Below, one piece after another: positions 1 through 14,700 of a stretch of 64,000 bases of DNA (positions are counted from its first letter, which is position 1; every line of letters starts with the position of its first letter). The notes below the pieces were generated by a model. The model saw only the letters and a list, made by a program, of their open reading frames with translations, did not search any database and was not told the DNA's origin. A program made the position numbers and the translations under genes. Location of the stretch: the NCBI GenBank assembly GCA_002189035.1, contig NEEC01000107.1:62001-126000 (forward strand), read 5' to 3'. The DNA comes from Utricularia gibba (Eukaryota > Plantae > Magnoliophyta).

Positions 1-3000
1 GCTCATGACATCCTAACTTCAATAAATGCATCACGATTTTCGTCGAATAGGACCCGATCGGGCTCAGGAGTCGAACAGAACCTTGGGTCGGATGAACTTC
101 CCAACGAAAGCACCCACCCAAAAACGACAAGCTTTTCCTTCAGAAACAATGTAGGCAGCTGCCGAAAACCCAACGTTAATAAATGGATCACTTTTTTGCC
201 GGGCTACAAATGACTATGGGCCCGATTTCGACAAGACCTCCGGCCAGATCCTAGTGCCCCTCGAGAGCGCCTCCTCAAATAAAAAGTATGTGGTTGAAAA
301 ACCATTTGGGGTGCTCATGACATCCTAACTTCAATAAATGCATCACGATTTTCGTTGAATAGGACCCGATTGGGCTCAGGAGTCGAACCGAACTTGGGTC
401 CGGATGAACTTCCCAACGAAAGCACCCACCAAAAACGACAAGCTTTTCCTTCAGAAACAATGTAGGCAGCTGCCGAAAACCCAACGTTAATAAATGGATC
501 ACTTTTTTTGCCGGGCTACAAATGACTATGGGCCCGAGCCCGACCCGACCTCCGGCCCGATCCTGGTGCCCCTCGAGAGCGCCTCCTCAAATATAAAGTT
601 TGTGGATGAGAAAACCATTTGGGGTGCTCATGACATCCTAACTTCAATAAATGCATCACGATTTTCGTCGAATAGGACCCGATTGGGCTCAGGAGTCGAA
701 CCGAACCTTGGGTCCGGATGAACTTCCCAACAAAGCACCACCCCCAAAAACGACAAGCTTTTCCTTCAGAAACCATGTAGGCAGCTGCCGAAAACCCAAC
801 GTTAATAAATGGATCACTTTTTTTGCCGGGCTACAAATGACTATGGGCCCGAGCCCGACCGACTCGGCCCGATCCTAGTGCCCCTCGAGAGCGCCTCCTC
901 AAATAAAAGCTGTGGTTGAGAAAACCATTTGGGGTGCTCATGACATCCTAACTTCAAATAAATGCATCACGATTTTCGTCGAATAGGACCCGATTGGGCT
1001 CAGGAGTCGAACCGAACCTTGGGTCCGGACGAAGTTCCCAATGAAAGCACCCACCCAAAAACGACAAGCTTTTCCTTCAGAAACCATGTAGGCAGCTGCC
1101 GAAAACCCAACGTTAATAATGGATCACTTTTTTGCCGGGCTACAAATGACTATGGGCCCGAGCCGACCCGACCTCCGGCCAGATCCTAGTGCCCCTCGAG
1201 AGCGCCTCCTCAAATAAAAAGCTGTGGTTGAGAAAACCATTTGGGGTGCTCATGACATCCTAACTTCAAAAAATGCATCACGATTTTCGTCGAATAGGAC
1301 CCGATTGGGCTCAGGAGTCGAACCGAACCTTGGGTCCGGACGAACTTCCCAACAAGCACCCACCCAAAAACGACAAGCTTTTCCTTCAGAAACCATGTAG
1401 GCAGCTGCCGAAAACCAACGTTAATAAATGGATCACTTTTTTTGCCGGGCTACAAATGACTATGGGCCGTGACCTCGGCCCGATCCTAGTGCCCCTCGAG
1501 AGCGCTCCTCAAATAAAAGCTTGTGGTTGAGAAAACCATTTGGGGTGCTCATGACATCCTAACTTCAATAAATGCATCACGATTTTCGTCGAATAGGACC
1601 CGATTGGGCTCAGGAGTCGAACCGAACCTTGGGTCCGGACGAAGTTCCCAACGAAAGCACCCACCAAAAACGACAAGCTTTTCCTTCAGAAACCATGTAG
1701 GCAGCTGCCGAAAACCCAACGTTAATAAATGGATCACTTTTTTGCCGGGCTACAAATGACTATGGGCCCGAGCCGACCGACCTCCGCCCGATCCTGGTGC
1801 CCTCGAGAGCGCCTCCTCAAATATAAAGTTGTGGACAAGAAAACCATTTGGGGTGCTCATGACATCCTAACTTCAAAAAATGCATCACGATTTTCGTCGA
1901 ATAGGACCCATTGGGCTCAGGAGTCGAACAGAACCTTGGGTCCGGATGAACTTCCCAACGAAAGCACCCACCCAAAAACGACAAGCTTTTCCTTCAGAAA
2001 CAATGTAGGCAGCTGCCGAAAACCCAACGTTAATAAATGGATCACTTTTTTTGCCCGGGCTACAAATGACTATGGGCCCGAGTTCGACCCGACCTCCGGC
2101 CAGATCCTAGTGCCTCGAGAGCGCCTCCTCAAATAAAAAAGCATGTGGTTGAGAAAACCATTTGGGGTGCTCATGACATCCTAACTTCAAAAAATGCATC
2201 ACGATTTTCGTCGAATAGGACCCGATTGGGCTCAGGAGTCGAACCGAACCTTGGGTCCGGACGAAGTTCCCAACAAAGCACCCACCCAAAAAAGACAAGC
2301 TTTTCCTTCAGAAACCATGTAGGCAGCTGCCGAAAACCCAACGTTAATAAATGGATCACTTTTTTTGCCGGGCTACAAATGACTATGGGCCCGAGTTCGA
2401 TGACCTTCGGCCCGATCCTAGTGCCCCTCGAGAGCGCCTCCTCAAATAAAAAGCTTGTGGTTGAGAAAACCATTTGGGGTGCTCATGACATCCTAACTTC
2501 AATAAATGCATCACGATTTTCGTCGAATAGGACCCGATTGGGCTCAAAGTCGAACCGAACCTTGGGTCCGGACGAAGTTCCCAACGAAAGCACCCAACCA
2601 AAAACGACAAGCTTTTCCTTCAGAAACCATGTAGGCAGCTGCCGAAAACCCAACGTTAATAAATGGATCACTTTTTTTGCCGGGCTACAAATGACTATGG
2701 GCCCGAGCCCGACCGACCTCCGGCCAGATCCTAGTGCCCCTCGAGAGCGCCTCCTCAAATAAAAAGCATGTGGTTGAGAAAACCATTTGGGGTGCTCATG
2801 ACATCCTAACTTCAAAAATGCATCACGATTTTCGTCGAATAGGACCCGATTGGGCTCAGGAGTCGAACCGAACCTTGGGTCCGGACGAAGTTCCCAACAA
2901 GCACCCACCCAAAAAAGACAAGCTTTTCCTTCAGAAACCATGTAGGCAGCTGCCGAAAACCCAACGTTAATAAATGGATCACTTTTTTTGCCGGGCTACA

Positions 3001-6000
3001 AATGACTATGGGCCGAGCGATATGACCTCCGGCCGATCCTAGTGCCCCTCGAGAGCGCCTCCTCAAATAAAAGCTGTGGTTGAGAAAACCATTTGGGGTG
3101 CTCATGACATCCTAACTTCAAAAAATGCATCACGATTTTCGTCGAATAGGACCCGATTGGGCTCAGGAGTCGAACCGAACCTTGGGTCCGGATGAATTTC
3201 CCAACAAGCACCCACCAAAAACGACAAGCTTTTCCTTCAGAAACCATGTAGGCAGCTGCCGAAAACCCAACGTTAATAAATGGATCACTTTTTTGCCGGG
3301 CTACAAATGACTATGGGCCGAGACCTGACCTCCGGCCCGATCCTGGTGCCCCTCGAGAGCGCCTCCTCAAATATAAAGCTTGTGGACAAGAAACCATTTG
3401 GGGTGCTCATGACATCCTAACTTCAAAAAATGCATCACGATTTTCGTCGAATAGGACCCGATTGGGCTCAGGAGTCGAACAGAACCTTGGGTCCGGATGA
3501 ACTTCCCAACGAAAGCACCACCCAAAAACGACAAGCTTTTCCTTCAGAAACAATGTAGGCAGCTGCCGAAAACCCAACGTTAATAAATGGATCACTTTTT
3601 TTGCCGGGCTACAAATGACTATGGGCCGAGTTCGACCCGACCTCCGGCCGATCCTAGTGCCCCTCGAGAGCGCCTCCTCAAATAAAAAGCTGTGGTTGAG
3701 AAAACCATTTGGGGTGCTCATGACATCCTAACTTCAATAAATGCATCACGATTTTCGTCGAATAGGACCCGATTGGGCTCAGGAGTCGAACCGAACCTTG
3801 GGTCCGGATGAACTTCCAACGAAAGCACCCACCCAAAAACGACAAGCTTTTCCTTCAGAAACAATGTAGGCAGCTGCCGAAAACCCAACGTTAATAAATG
3901 GATCACTTTTTTTGCCGGGCTACAAATGACTATGGGCCCGAGCCGACCGGACCTCCGGCCGATCCCCCCTCGAGAGCGCCTCCTCAAATATAAAGCTTGT
4001 GGTGAGAAAACCATTTGGGGTGCTCATGACATCCTAACTTCAATAAATGCATCACGATTTCGTCGAATAGGACCCGATTGGGCTCAGGAGTCGAACCGAA
4101 CCTTGGGTCCGGATGAACTTCCAACGAAAGCACCCACCCAAAAACGACAAGCTTTTCCTTCAGAAACAATGTAGGCAGCTGCCGAAAACCCAACGTTAAT
4201 AAATGGATCACTTTTTTTGCCGGGCTACAAATGACTATGGGCCCGAGTTGACCTCCGGCCCGATCCTAGTGCCCCTCGAGAGCGCCTCCTCAAATAAAAA
4301 GCTTGTGGTTGAGAAAACCATTTGGGGTGCTCATGACATCCTAACTTCAATAAATGCATCACGATTTTCGTCGAATAGGACCCGATTGGGCTCAGGAGTC
4401 GAACCGAACCTTGGGTCCGGACGAACTTCCCAATGAAAGCACCCACCAAAAACGACAAGCTTTTCCTTCAGAAACCATGTAGGCAGCTGCCGAAAACCCA
4501 ACGTTAATAAATGGATCACTTTTTTTGCCGGGCTACAAATGACTATGGGCCCGAGCCGACGACCTCCGGCCCGATCCTAGCCCCTCGAGAGCGCCTCCTC
4601 AAATAAAAAGCATGTGGTTGAGAAAACCATTTGGGGTGCTCATGACATCCTAACTTCAAAAAATGCATCACGATTTTCGTCGAATAGGACCCGATTGGGC
4701 TCAGGAGTCGAACCGAACCTTGGGTCCGGACGAACTTCCAACGAAAGCACCCACCAAAAACGACAAGCTTTTCCTTCAGAAACCATGTAGGCAGCTGCCG
4801 AAAACCCAACGTTAATAAATGGATCACTTTTTTTGCCGGGCTACAAATGACTATGGGCCGAGCCCGACCTGACCTCCGGCCCGATCCTGGTGCCCCTCGA
4901 GAGCGCCTCCTCAAATATAAAGCTTGTGGAAAAAAACCATTTGGGGTGCTCATGACATCCTAACTTCAAAAAATGCATCACGATTTTCGTCGAATAGGAC
5001 CCGATTGGGCTCAGGAGTCGAACAGAACCTTGGGTCCGGATGAACTTCCAACGAAAGCACCCACCCAAAAACGACAAGCTTTTCCTTCAGAAACATGTAG
5101 GCAGCTGCCGAAAACCCAACGTTAATAAATGGATCACTTTTTTTGCCGGGCTACAAATGACTATGGGCCGAGTTCGACCGACCTCCGGCCAGATCCTAGT
5201 GCCCCTCGAGAGCGCCTCCTCAAATAAAAAGCATGTGGTTGAGAAAACCATTTGGGGTGCTCATGACATCCTAACTTCAAAAAATGCATCACGATTTTCG
5301 TCGAATAGGGACCGATTGGGCTCAGGAGTCGAACCGAACCTTGGGTCCGGACGAACTTCCCAACGAAAGCACCCACCCAAAAACAAGCTTTTCCTTCAGA
5401 AACCATGTAGGCAGCTGCCGAAAACCCAACGTTAATAAATGGATCACTTTTTTTGCCGGCTACAAATGACTATGGGCCCGAGCCTGACCTCCGGCCGATC
5501 CTAGTGCCCCTCGAGAGCGCCTCCTCAAATATAAAGCTTGTGGTTGAGAAAACCATTTGGGGTGCTCATGACATCCTAACTTCAATAAATGCATCACGAT
5601 TTTCGTCGAATAGGACCGATTGGGCTCAGGAGTCGAACCGAACCTTGGGTCCGGACGAATTCCCAATGAAAGCACCCAACAAAAACGACAAGCTTTTCCT
5701 TCAGAAACCATGTAGGCAGCTGCCGAAAACCCAACGTTAATAAATGGATCACTTTTTTTGCCGGGCTACAAATGACTATGGGCCCGAGCGACCGACCTCC
5801 GGCCCGATCCTAGTGCCCCTCGAGAGCGCCTCCTCAAATAAAAAGCTGTGGTTGAGAAAACCATTTGGGGTGCTCATGACATCCTAACTTCAAAAAATGC
5901 ATCACGATTTTCGTCGAATAGGACCCGATTGGGCTCAGGAGTCGAACCGAACCTTGGGTCCGGACGAACTTCCCAACAAAGCACCCAAAAAACGACAAGC

Positions 6001-8700
6001 TTTTCCTTCAGAAACCATGTAGGCAGCTGCCGAAAACCCAACGTTAATAAATGGATCACTTTTTTTGCCGGGCTACAAATGACTATGGGGCCGAGCCCGA
6101 CCCGACCTCCGGCCCGATCCTGGTGCCCCTCGAGAGCGCCTCCTCAAATATAAAGCTTGTGGACAAGAAAACCATTTGGGGTGCTCATGACATCCTAACT
6201 TCAAAAATGCATCACGATTTTCGTCGAATAGGACCCGATTGGGCTCAGGAGTCGAACAGAACCTTGGGTCCGGATGAACTTCCAACGAAAGCACCCACCC
6301 AAAACGACAAGCTTTTCCTTCAGAAACAATGTAGGCAGCTGCCGAAAACCCAACGTTAATAAATGGATCACTTTTTTTGCCGGGCTACAAATGACTATGG
6401 GCCCGAGTTCGACCGACCTCCGGCCCGATCCTAGTGCCCCTCGAGAGCGCCTCCTCAAATAAAAGCTGTGGTTGAGAAAACCATTTGGGGTGCTCATGAC
6501 ATCCTAACTTCAAAAAATGCATCACGATTTTCGTCGAATAGGACCCGATTGGGCTCAGGAGTCGAACCGAACCTTGGGTCCGGATGAAGTTCCCAACGAA
6601 AGCACCCACCCAAAAACGACAAGCTTTTCCTTCAGAAACCATGTAGGCAGCTGCCGAAAACCCAACGTTAATAAATGGATCACTTTTTTTGCCGGGCTAC
6701 AAATGACTATGGGCCCGAGTTCGACCTCCGGCCCGATCCTAGTGCCCCTCGAGAGCGCCTCCTCAAATAAAAAGCATGTGGTTGAGAAAACCATTTGGGG
6801 TGCTCATGACATCCTAACTTCAAAAATGCATCACGATTTTCGTCGAATAGGACCCGATTGGGCTCAGGAGTCGAACCGAACCTTGGGTCCGGATGAACTT
6901 CCCAATGAAAGCACCCACCAAAAACGACAAGCTTTTCCTTCAGAAACATGTAGGCAGCTGCCGAAAACCCAACGTTAATAAATGGATCACTTTTTTTGCC
7001 GGGCTACAAATGACTATGGGCCAGAGCGACGACCTCCGGCCCGATCCTGGTGCCCCTCGAGAGCGCCTCCTCAAATATAAAAAGCTGTGGTTGAGAAAAC
7101 CATTTGGGGTGCTCATGACATCCTAACTTCAATAAATGCATCACGATTTTCGTCGAATAGGACCCGATTGGGCTCAGGAGTCGAACCGAACCTTGGGTCC
7201 GGACGAACTTCCAATGAAAGCACCCACCAAAAACGACAAGCTTTTCCTTCAGAAACCATGTAGGCAGCTGCCGAAAACCCAACGTTAATAAATGGATCAC
7301 TTTTTTGCCGGGCTACAAATGACTATGGGCCGAGCCCGACCGACCTCCGGCCCGATCCTGGTGCCCCTCGAGAGCGCCTCCTCAAATATAAAGCTTGTGA
7401 GAAAACCATTTGGGGTGCTCATGACATCCTAACTTCAAAAATGCATCACGATTTTCGTCGATAGGACCCATTGGGCTAGGAGTCGAACCGAACCTTGGTC
7501 CGGACGAATTTCCCAACGAAAGCACCCAACCCAAAAACGACAAGCTTTTCCTTCAGAACCATGTAGGCAGCTGCCGAAAACCCAACGTTAATAAATGGAT
7601 CACTTTTTTTGCCGGGCTACAAATGACTATGGGCCCGAGCCCGACCCGACCTCCGCCCGATCCTGGTGCCCCTCGAGAGCGCCTCCTCAAATATAAAGCT
7701 TGTGGAAAGAAAACCATTTGGGGTGCTCATGACATCCTAACTTCAAAAAATGCATCACGATTTTCGTCGAATAGGACCCGATTGGGCTCAGGAGTCGAAC
7801 CGAACCTTGGGTCCGGATGAACTTCCCAACGAAAGCACCCACCCAAAAACGACAAGCTTTTCCTTCAGAAACAATGTAGGCAGCTGCCGAAAACCCAACG
7901 TTAATAAATGGATCACTTTTTTTGCCGGGCTACAAATGACTATGGGCCCGAGCCCGACCCGACCTCCGGCCCGATCCTGTGCCCCTCGAGAGCGCCTCCT
8001 CAAATAAAAAGCTTGTGGTTGAGAAAACCATTTGGGTGCTCATGACATCCTAACTTCAATAAATGCATCACGATTTTCGTCGAATAGGACCCGATTGGGC
8101 TCAGGAGTCGAACCGAACCTTGGGTCCGGACGAACTTCCCAACAAAAGCACCCACCCAAAAACGACAAGCTTTTCCTTCAGAAACCATGTAGGCAGCTGC
8201 CGAAAACCCAACGTTAATAAATGGATCACTTTTTTTGCCGGGCTACAAATGACTATGGGCCCGAGCGACCCGACCTCCGGCCCGATCCTGGTGCCCCTCG
8301 AGAGCGCCTCCTCAAATATAAAGCTTGTGGAAAGAAACCATTTGGGGTGCTCATGACATCCTAACTTCAATAAATGCATCACGATTTTCGTCGAATAGGA
8401 CCCATTGGGCTCAGGTCGAACCGAACCTTGGGTCCGGATGAACTTCCCAAAAGCACCCACCAAAAACGACAAGCTTTTCCTTCAGAAACATGTAGGCAGC
8501 TGCCGAAAACCCAACGTTAATAAATGGATCACTTTTTTTGCCGGGCTACAAATGACTATGGGCCCGAGCCCGACCCGACCTCCGGCCCGATCCTGGTGCC
8601 CCTCGAGAGCGCCTCCTCAAATATAAAGCTTGTGGATGAGAAAACCATTTGGGGTGCTCATGACATCCTAACTTCAATAAATGCATCACGATTTTCGTCG
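1..8700 (+). repeat. Left variant layer of the array (GTTGAG/TAGTG/AATAAA-rich monomers)
   Basis: High frequency of AAATAAAA(A)GC..GTGGTTGAG, TTCAATAAATG, GAAGTTCCC (1031, 1641, 2263, 2574, 2887, 6586), GAGTTCG (2080, 2393, 3628, 5170, 6405, 6717) and CCGGCCAGATCC (~242, 1177, 2097, 2722, 5187). The boundary is approximate. Confidence 0.7.
4297..4464. other. Nested inverted repeat (fold-back) spanning subunit A; present in every monomer and best in GTTGAG-type copies (example copy)
   Basis: Pairings: AAAAGCTTGTGGTT (4297-4310) with AACGACAAGCTTTT (4451-4464), 13/14; TTTGG (4321-4325) with CCAAA (4446-4450); GGTGCT (4326-4331) with AGCACC (4438-4443); TTCGTC (4367-4372) with GACGAA (4420-4425); GGACCCGA (4378-4385) with TTGGGTCC (4411-4418, one G.T). 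Confidence 0.75.
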
Positions 8701-11700
8701 AATAGGACCCGATTGGGCTCAGGAGTCGAACAACCTTGGGTCCGGATGAACTTCCCAACGAAAGCACCACCCAAAAACGACAAGCTTTTCCTTCAGAAAC
8801 AATGTAGGCAGCTGCCGAAAACCCAACGTTAATAAATGGATCACTTTTTTTGCCGGGCTACAAATGACTATGGGCCCGAGCCCGACCGACCTCGGCCCGA
8901 TCCTGGTGCCCCTCGAGAGCGCCTCCTCAAATATAAGCTTGTGGACAAGAAAACCATTTGGGGTGCTCATGACATCCTAACTTCAAAAAAATGCATCACG
9001 ATTTTCGTCGAATAGGACCCGATTGGGCTCAGGAGTCGAACAGAACCTTGGGTCCGGATGAACTTCCCAACGAAAGCACCCACCCAAAAACGACAAGCTT
9101 TTCCTTCAGAAACATGTAGGCAGCTGCCGAAAACCCAACGTTAATAAATGGATCACTTTTTTTGCCGGGCTACAAATGACTATGGGCCGAGCCCGACCGA
9201 CCTCCGGCCCGATCCTGGTGCCCTCGAGAGCGCCTCCTCAAATATAAAGCTTGTGGAGAAAACCATTTGGGGTGCTCATGACATCCTAACTTCAAAAAAT
9301 GCATCACGATTTTCGTCGAATAGGACCCGATTGGGCTCAGGAGTCGAACCGAACCTTGGGTCCGGACGAACTTCCCAACGAAAGCACCCACCCAAAAACG
9401 ACAAGCTTTTCCTTCAGAAACCATGTAGGCAGCTGCCGAAAACCCAACGTTAATAAATGGATCACTTTTTTGCCGGGCTACAAATGACTATGGGCCCGAG
9501 CCCGACCGACCTCCGGCCCGATCCTAGTGCCCCTCGAGAGCGCCTCCTCAAATATAAAGCTTGTGGAAAGAAAACCATTTGGGGTGCTCATGACATCCTA
9601 ACTTCAAAAAATGCATCACGATTTTCGTCGAATAGGACCCGATTGGGCTCAGGAGTCGAACCGAACCTTGGGTCCGGATGAACTTCCCAACGAAAGCACC
9701 CACCCAAAAACGACAAGCTTTTCCTTCAGAAACAATGTAGGCAGCTGCCGAAAACCCAACGTTAATAAATGGATCACTTTTTTGCCGGGCTACAAATGAC
9801 TATGGCCCGAGCCGACCCGACCTCCGGCCCGATCCTGGTGCCCCTCGAGAGCGCCTCCTCAAATATAAAGCTTGTGGGAGAAAACCATTTGGGGTGCTCA
9901 TGACATCCTAACTTCAAAAAATGCATCACGATTTTCGTCGAATAGGACCCGATTGGGCTCAGGAGTCGAACCGAACCTTGGGTCCGGACGAACTTCCCAA
10001 CGAAAGCACCCACCCAAAAACGACAAGCTTTTCCTTCAGAAACCATGTAGGCAGCTGCCGAAAACCCAACGTTAATAAATGGATCACTTTTTTTGCCGGG
10101 CTACAAATGACTATGGGCCCGAGCCCGACCGACTCCGGCCCGATCCTGTGCCCCTCGAGAGCGCCTCCTCAAATATAAAGCTTGTGGAAGAAAACCATTT
10201 GGGGTGCTCATGACATCCTAACTTCAAAAAATGCATCACGATTTTCGTCGAATAGGACCCGATTGGGCTCAGGAGTCGAACCGAACCTTGGGTCCGGATG
10301 AACTTCCCAACGAAAGCACCCACCCAAAAACGACAAGCTTTTCCTTCAGAAACCATGTAGGCAGCTGCCGAAAACCCAACGTTAATAAATGGATCACTTT
10401 TTTGCCGGGCTACAAATGACTATGGGCCGAGCCCGACCCGACCTCCGGCCCGATCCTGGTGCCCCTCGAGAGCGCCTCCTCAAATATAAAGCTTGTGGAG
10501 AAAACCATTTGGGGTGCTCATGACATCCTAACTTCAAAAAATGCATCACGATTTTCGTCGAATAGGACCCATTGGGCTCAGGAGTCGAACGAACCTTGGG
10601 TCCGGATGAACTTCCAACGAAAGCACCCACCCAAAAACGACAAGCTTTTCCTTCAGAAACAATGTAGGCAGCTGCCGAAAACCCAACGTTAATAAATGGA
10701 TCACTTTTTTTGCCGGGCTACAATGACTATGGGCCCGAGCCGACCCGACCTCCGGCCCGATCCTGTGCCCCTCGAGAGCGCCTCCTCAAATATAAAGCTT
10801 GTGGACAAGAAAACCATTTGGGGTGCTCATGACATCCTAACTTCAAAAATGCATCACGATTTTCGTCGAATAGGACCCGATTGGGCTCAGGAGTCGAACC
10901 GAACCTTGGGTCCGGACGAATTTCCCAACAAAGCACCCACCCAAAAACGACAAGCTTTTCCTTCAGAAACCATGTAGGCAGCTGCCGAAAACCCAACGTT
11001 AATAAATGGATCACTTTTTTTGCCGGGCTACAAATGACTATGGGCCGAGCCCGACCGACCTCCGGCCCGATCCTGGTGCCCCTCGAGAGCGCCTCCTCAA
11101 ATATAAAGCTTGTGGATGAGAAAACCATTTGGGGTGCTCATGACATCCTAACTTCAAAAAATGCATCACGATTTTCGTCGAATAGGACCCGATTGGGCTC
11201 AGGAGTCGAACCGAACCTTGGGTCCGGATGAACTTCCCAACGAAAGCACCCACCCAAAAACGACAAGCTTTTCCTTCAGAAACCATGTAGGCAGCTGCCG
11301 AAAACCCAACGTTAATAAATGGATCACTTTTTTGCCGGGCTACAAATGACTATGGGCCCGAGCCCGACCCGACCTCCGGCCCGATCCTGTGCCCCTCGAG
11401 AGCGCCTCCTCAAATATAAAGCTTGTGGAAAGAAAACCATTTGGGGTGCTCATGACATCCTAACTTCAAAAAATGCATCACGATTTTCGTCGAATAGGAC
11501 CCGATTGGGCTCAGGAGTCGAACCGAACCTTGGGTCCGGATGAATTCCCAACAAAAGCACCCACCCAAAAACGACAAGCTTTTCCTTCAGAAACCATGTA
11601 GGCAGCTGCCGAAACCCAACGTTAATAAATGGATCACTTTTTTTGCCGGGCTACAAATGACTATGGCCCGAGCCGACCTCGGCCCGATCCTGTGCCCCTC

Positions 11701-14700
11701 GAGAGCGCCTCCTCAAATATAAAGCTTGTGGTTGAGAAAACCATTTGGGGTGCTCATGACATCCTAACTTCAAAAAATGCATCACGATTTTCGTCGAATA
11801 GGACCCGATTGGGCTCAGGAGTCGAACCGAACCTTGGTCCGGACGAATTTCCAACGAAAGCACCCACCAAAAACGACAAGCTTTTCCTTCAGAAACCATG
11901 TAGGCAGCTGCCGAAAACCCAACGTTAATAAATGGATCACTTTTTTTGCCGGGCTACAAATGACTATGGGCCCGAGCCCGACCGACCTCCGGCCCGATCC
12001 TGGTGCCCCTCGAGAGCGCCTCCTCAAATATAAAGCTTGTGGAGAAAACCATTTGGGGTGCTCATGACATCCTAACTTCAAAAAAATGCATCACGATTTT
12101 CGTCGAATAGGACCCATTGGGCTCAGGAGTCGAACGAACCTTGGGTCCGGATGAACTTCCCAACGAAAGCACCCACCCAAAAACGACAAGCTTTTCCTTC
12201 AGAAACCATGTAGGCAGCTGCCGAAAACCCAACGTTAATAAATGGATCACTTTTTGCCGGGCTACAAATGACTATGGGCCGAGCCCGACCCGACCTCCGG
12301 CCATCCTGGTGCCCCTCGAGAGCGCCTCCTCAAATATAAAGCTTGTGGAGAAAACCATTTGGGGTGCTCATGACATCCTAACTTCAAAAATGCATCACGA
12401 TTTTCGTCGAATAGGACCCGATTGGGCTCAGGAGTCGAACCGAACCTTGGGTCCGGATGAACTTCCCAACGAAAGCACCCACCCAAAAACGACAAGCTTT
12501 TCCTTCAGAAACAATGTAGGCAGCTGCCGAAAACCCAACGTTAATAAATGGATCACTTTTTTTGCCGGGCTACAAATGACTATGGGCCGAGCGACCCGAC
12601 CTCCGGCCCGATCCTGTGCCCCTCGAGCGCCTCCTCAAATAAAAGCTTGTGGAGAAAACCATTTGGGGTGCTCATGACATCCTAACTTCAAAAAATGCAT
12701 CACGATTTTCGTCGAATAGGACCGATTGGGCTCAGGAGTCGAACCGAACCTTGGGTCCGGACGAACCCAAAGCACCCACCCAAAAAACGACAAGCTTTTC
12801 CTTCAGAAAACCATGTAGGCAGCTGCCGAAAACCCAACGTTAATAAATGGATCACTTTTTTGCCGGGCTACAAATGACTATGGGCCCGAGCCCGACCCGA
12901 CCTCCGGCCCGATCCTGGTGCCCCTCGAGAGCGCCTCCTCAAATAAAAGCTTGTGGACAAGAAAACCATTTGGGGTGCTCATGACATCCTAACTTCAAAA
13001 AATGCATCACGATTTTCGTCGAATAGGACCCGATTGGGCTCAGGAGTCGAACCGAACCTTGGGTCCGGATGAACTTCCCAACGAAAGCACCCACCCAAAA
13101 ACGACAAGCTTTTCCTTCAGAAACCATGTAGGCAGCTGCCGAAAACCCAACGTTAATAAATGGATCACTTTTTTGCCGGGCTACAAATGACTGGGCCGAG
13201 CGACCGACCTCCGGCCCGATCCTTGCCCCTCGAGAGCGCCTCCTCAAATAAAAGCTTGTGGACAAGAAAACCATTTGGGGTGCTCATGACATCCTAACTT
13301 CAAAAATGCATCACGATTTTCGTCGAATAGGACCCGATTGGGCTCAGGAGTCGAACCGAACCTTGGGTCCGGACGAATTCCAACAAAAGCACCCCCCAAA
13401 AACGACAAGCTTTTCCTTCAGAAACCATGTAGGCAGCTGCCGAAAACCCAACGTTAATAAATGGATCACTTTTTTTGCCGGGCTACAAATGACTATGGGC
13501 CCGAGCCGACCGACCTCCGGCCCGATCCTGTGCCCTCGAGAGCGCCTCCTCAAATAAAAGCTGTGGTTGAGAAAACCATTTGGGGTGCTCATGACATCCT
13601 AACTTCAAAAAATGCATCACGATTTTCGTCGAATAGGACCCGATTGGGCTCAGGAGTCGAACCGAACCTTGGGTCCGGACGAACTTCCAACAAAGCACCC
13701 ACCCAAAAACGACAAGCTTTTCCTTCAGAAACCATGTAGGCAGCTGCCGAAAACCCAACGTTAATAAATGGATCACTTTTTTGCCGGGCTACAAATGACT
13801 ATGGGCCGAGCCCGACCGACCTCCGGCCCGATCCTGTGCCCCTCGAGAGCGCCTCCTCAAATATAAAGCTTGTGGATGAGAAAACCATTTGGGGTGCTCA
13901 TGACATCCTAACTTCAAAAATGCATCACGATTTTCGTCGAATAGGACCCGATTGGGCTCAGGAGTCGAACCGAACCTTGGGTCCGGATGAACTTCCCAAC
14001 GAAAGCACCCACCCAAAAACGACAAGCTTTTCCTTCAGAAACCATGTAGGCAGCTGCCGAAAACCCAACGTTAATAAATGGATCACTTTTTTTGCCGGGC
14101 TACAAATGACTATGGGCCGAGCGACCGACCTCCGGCCCGATCCTAGTGCCCCTCGAGAGCGCCTCCTCAAATATAAAGCTTGTGGAGAAAACCATTTGGG
14201 GTGCTCATGACATCCTAACTTCAAAAAATGCATCACGATTTTCGTCGAATAGGACCCGATTGGGCTCAGGAGTCGAACCGAACCTTGGGTCCGGACGAAT
14301 TCCCAACAAAGCACCCACCCAAAAACGACAAGCTTTTCCTTCAGAAACCATGTAGGCAGCTGCCGAAAACCCAACGTTAATAAATGGATCACTTTTTTTG
14401 CCGGGCTACAAATGACTATGGGCCGAGCCCGACCCGACCTCCGGCCCGATCCTGGTGCCCCTCGAGAGCGCCTCCTCAAATATAAAGCTTGTGGATGAGA
14501 AAACCATTTGGGGTGCTCATGACATCCTAACTTCAAAAATGCAACGATTTTCGTCGAATAGGACCCGATTGGGCTCAGGAGTCGAACCGAACCTTGGGTC
14601 CGGACGAATTTCCCAACAAAAGCACCCACCCAAAAACGACAAGCTTTTCCTTCAGAAACCATGTAGGCAGCTGCCGAAAACCCAACGTTAATAAATGGAT

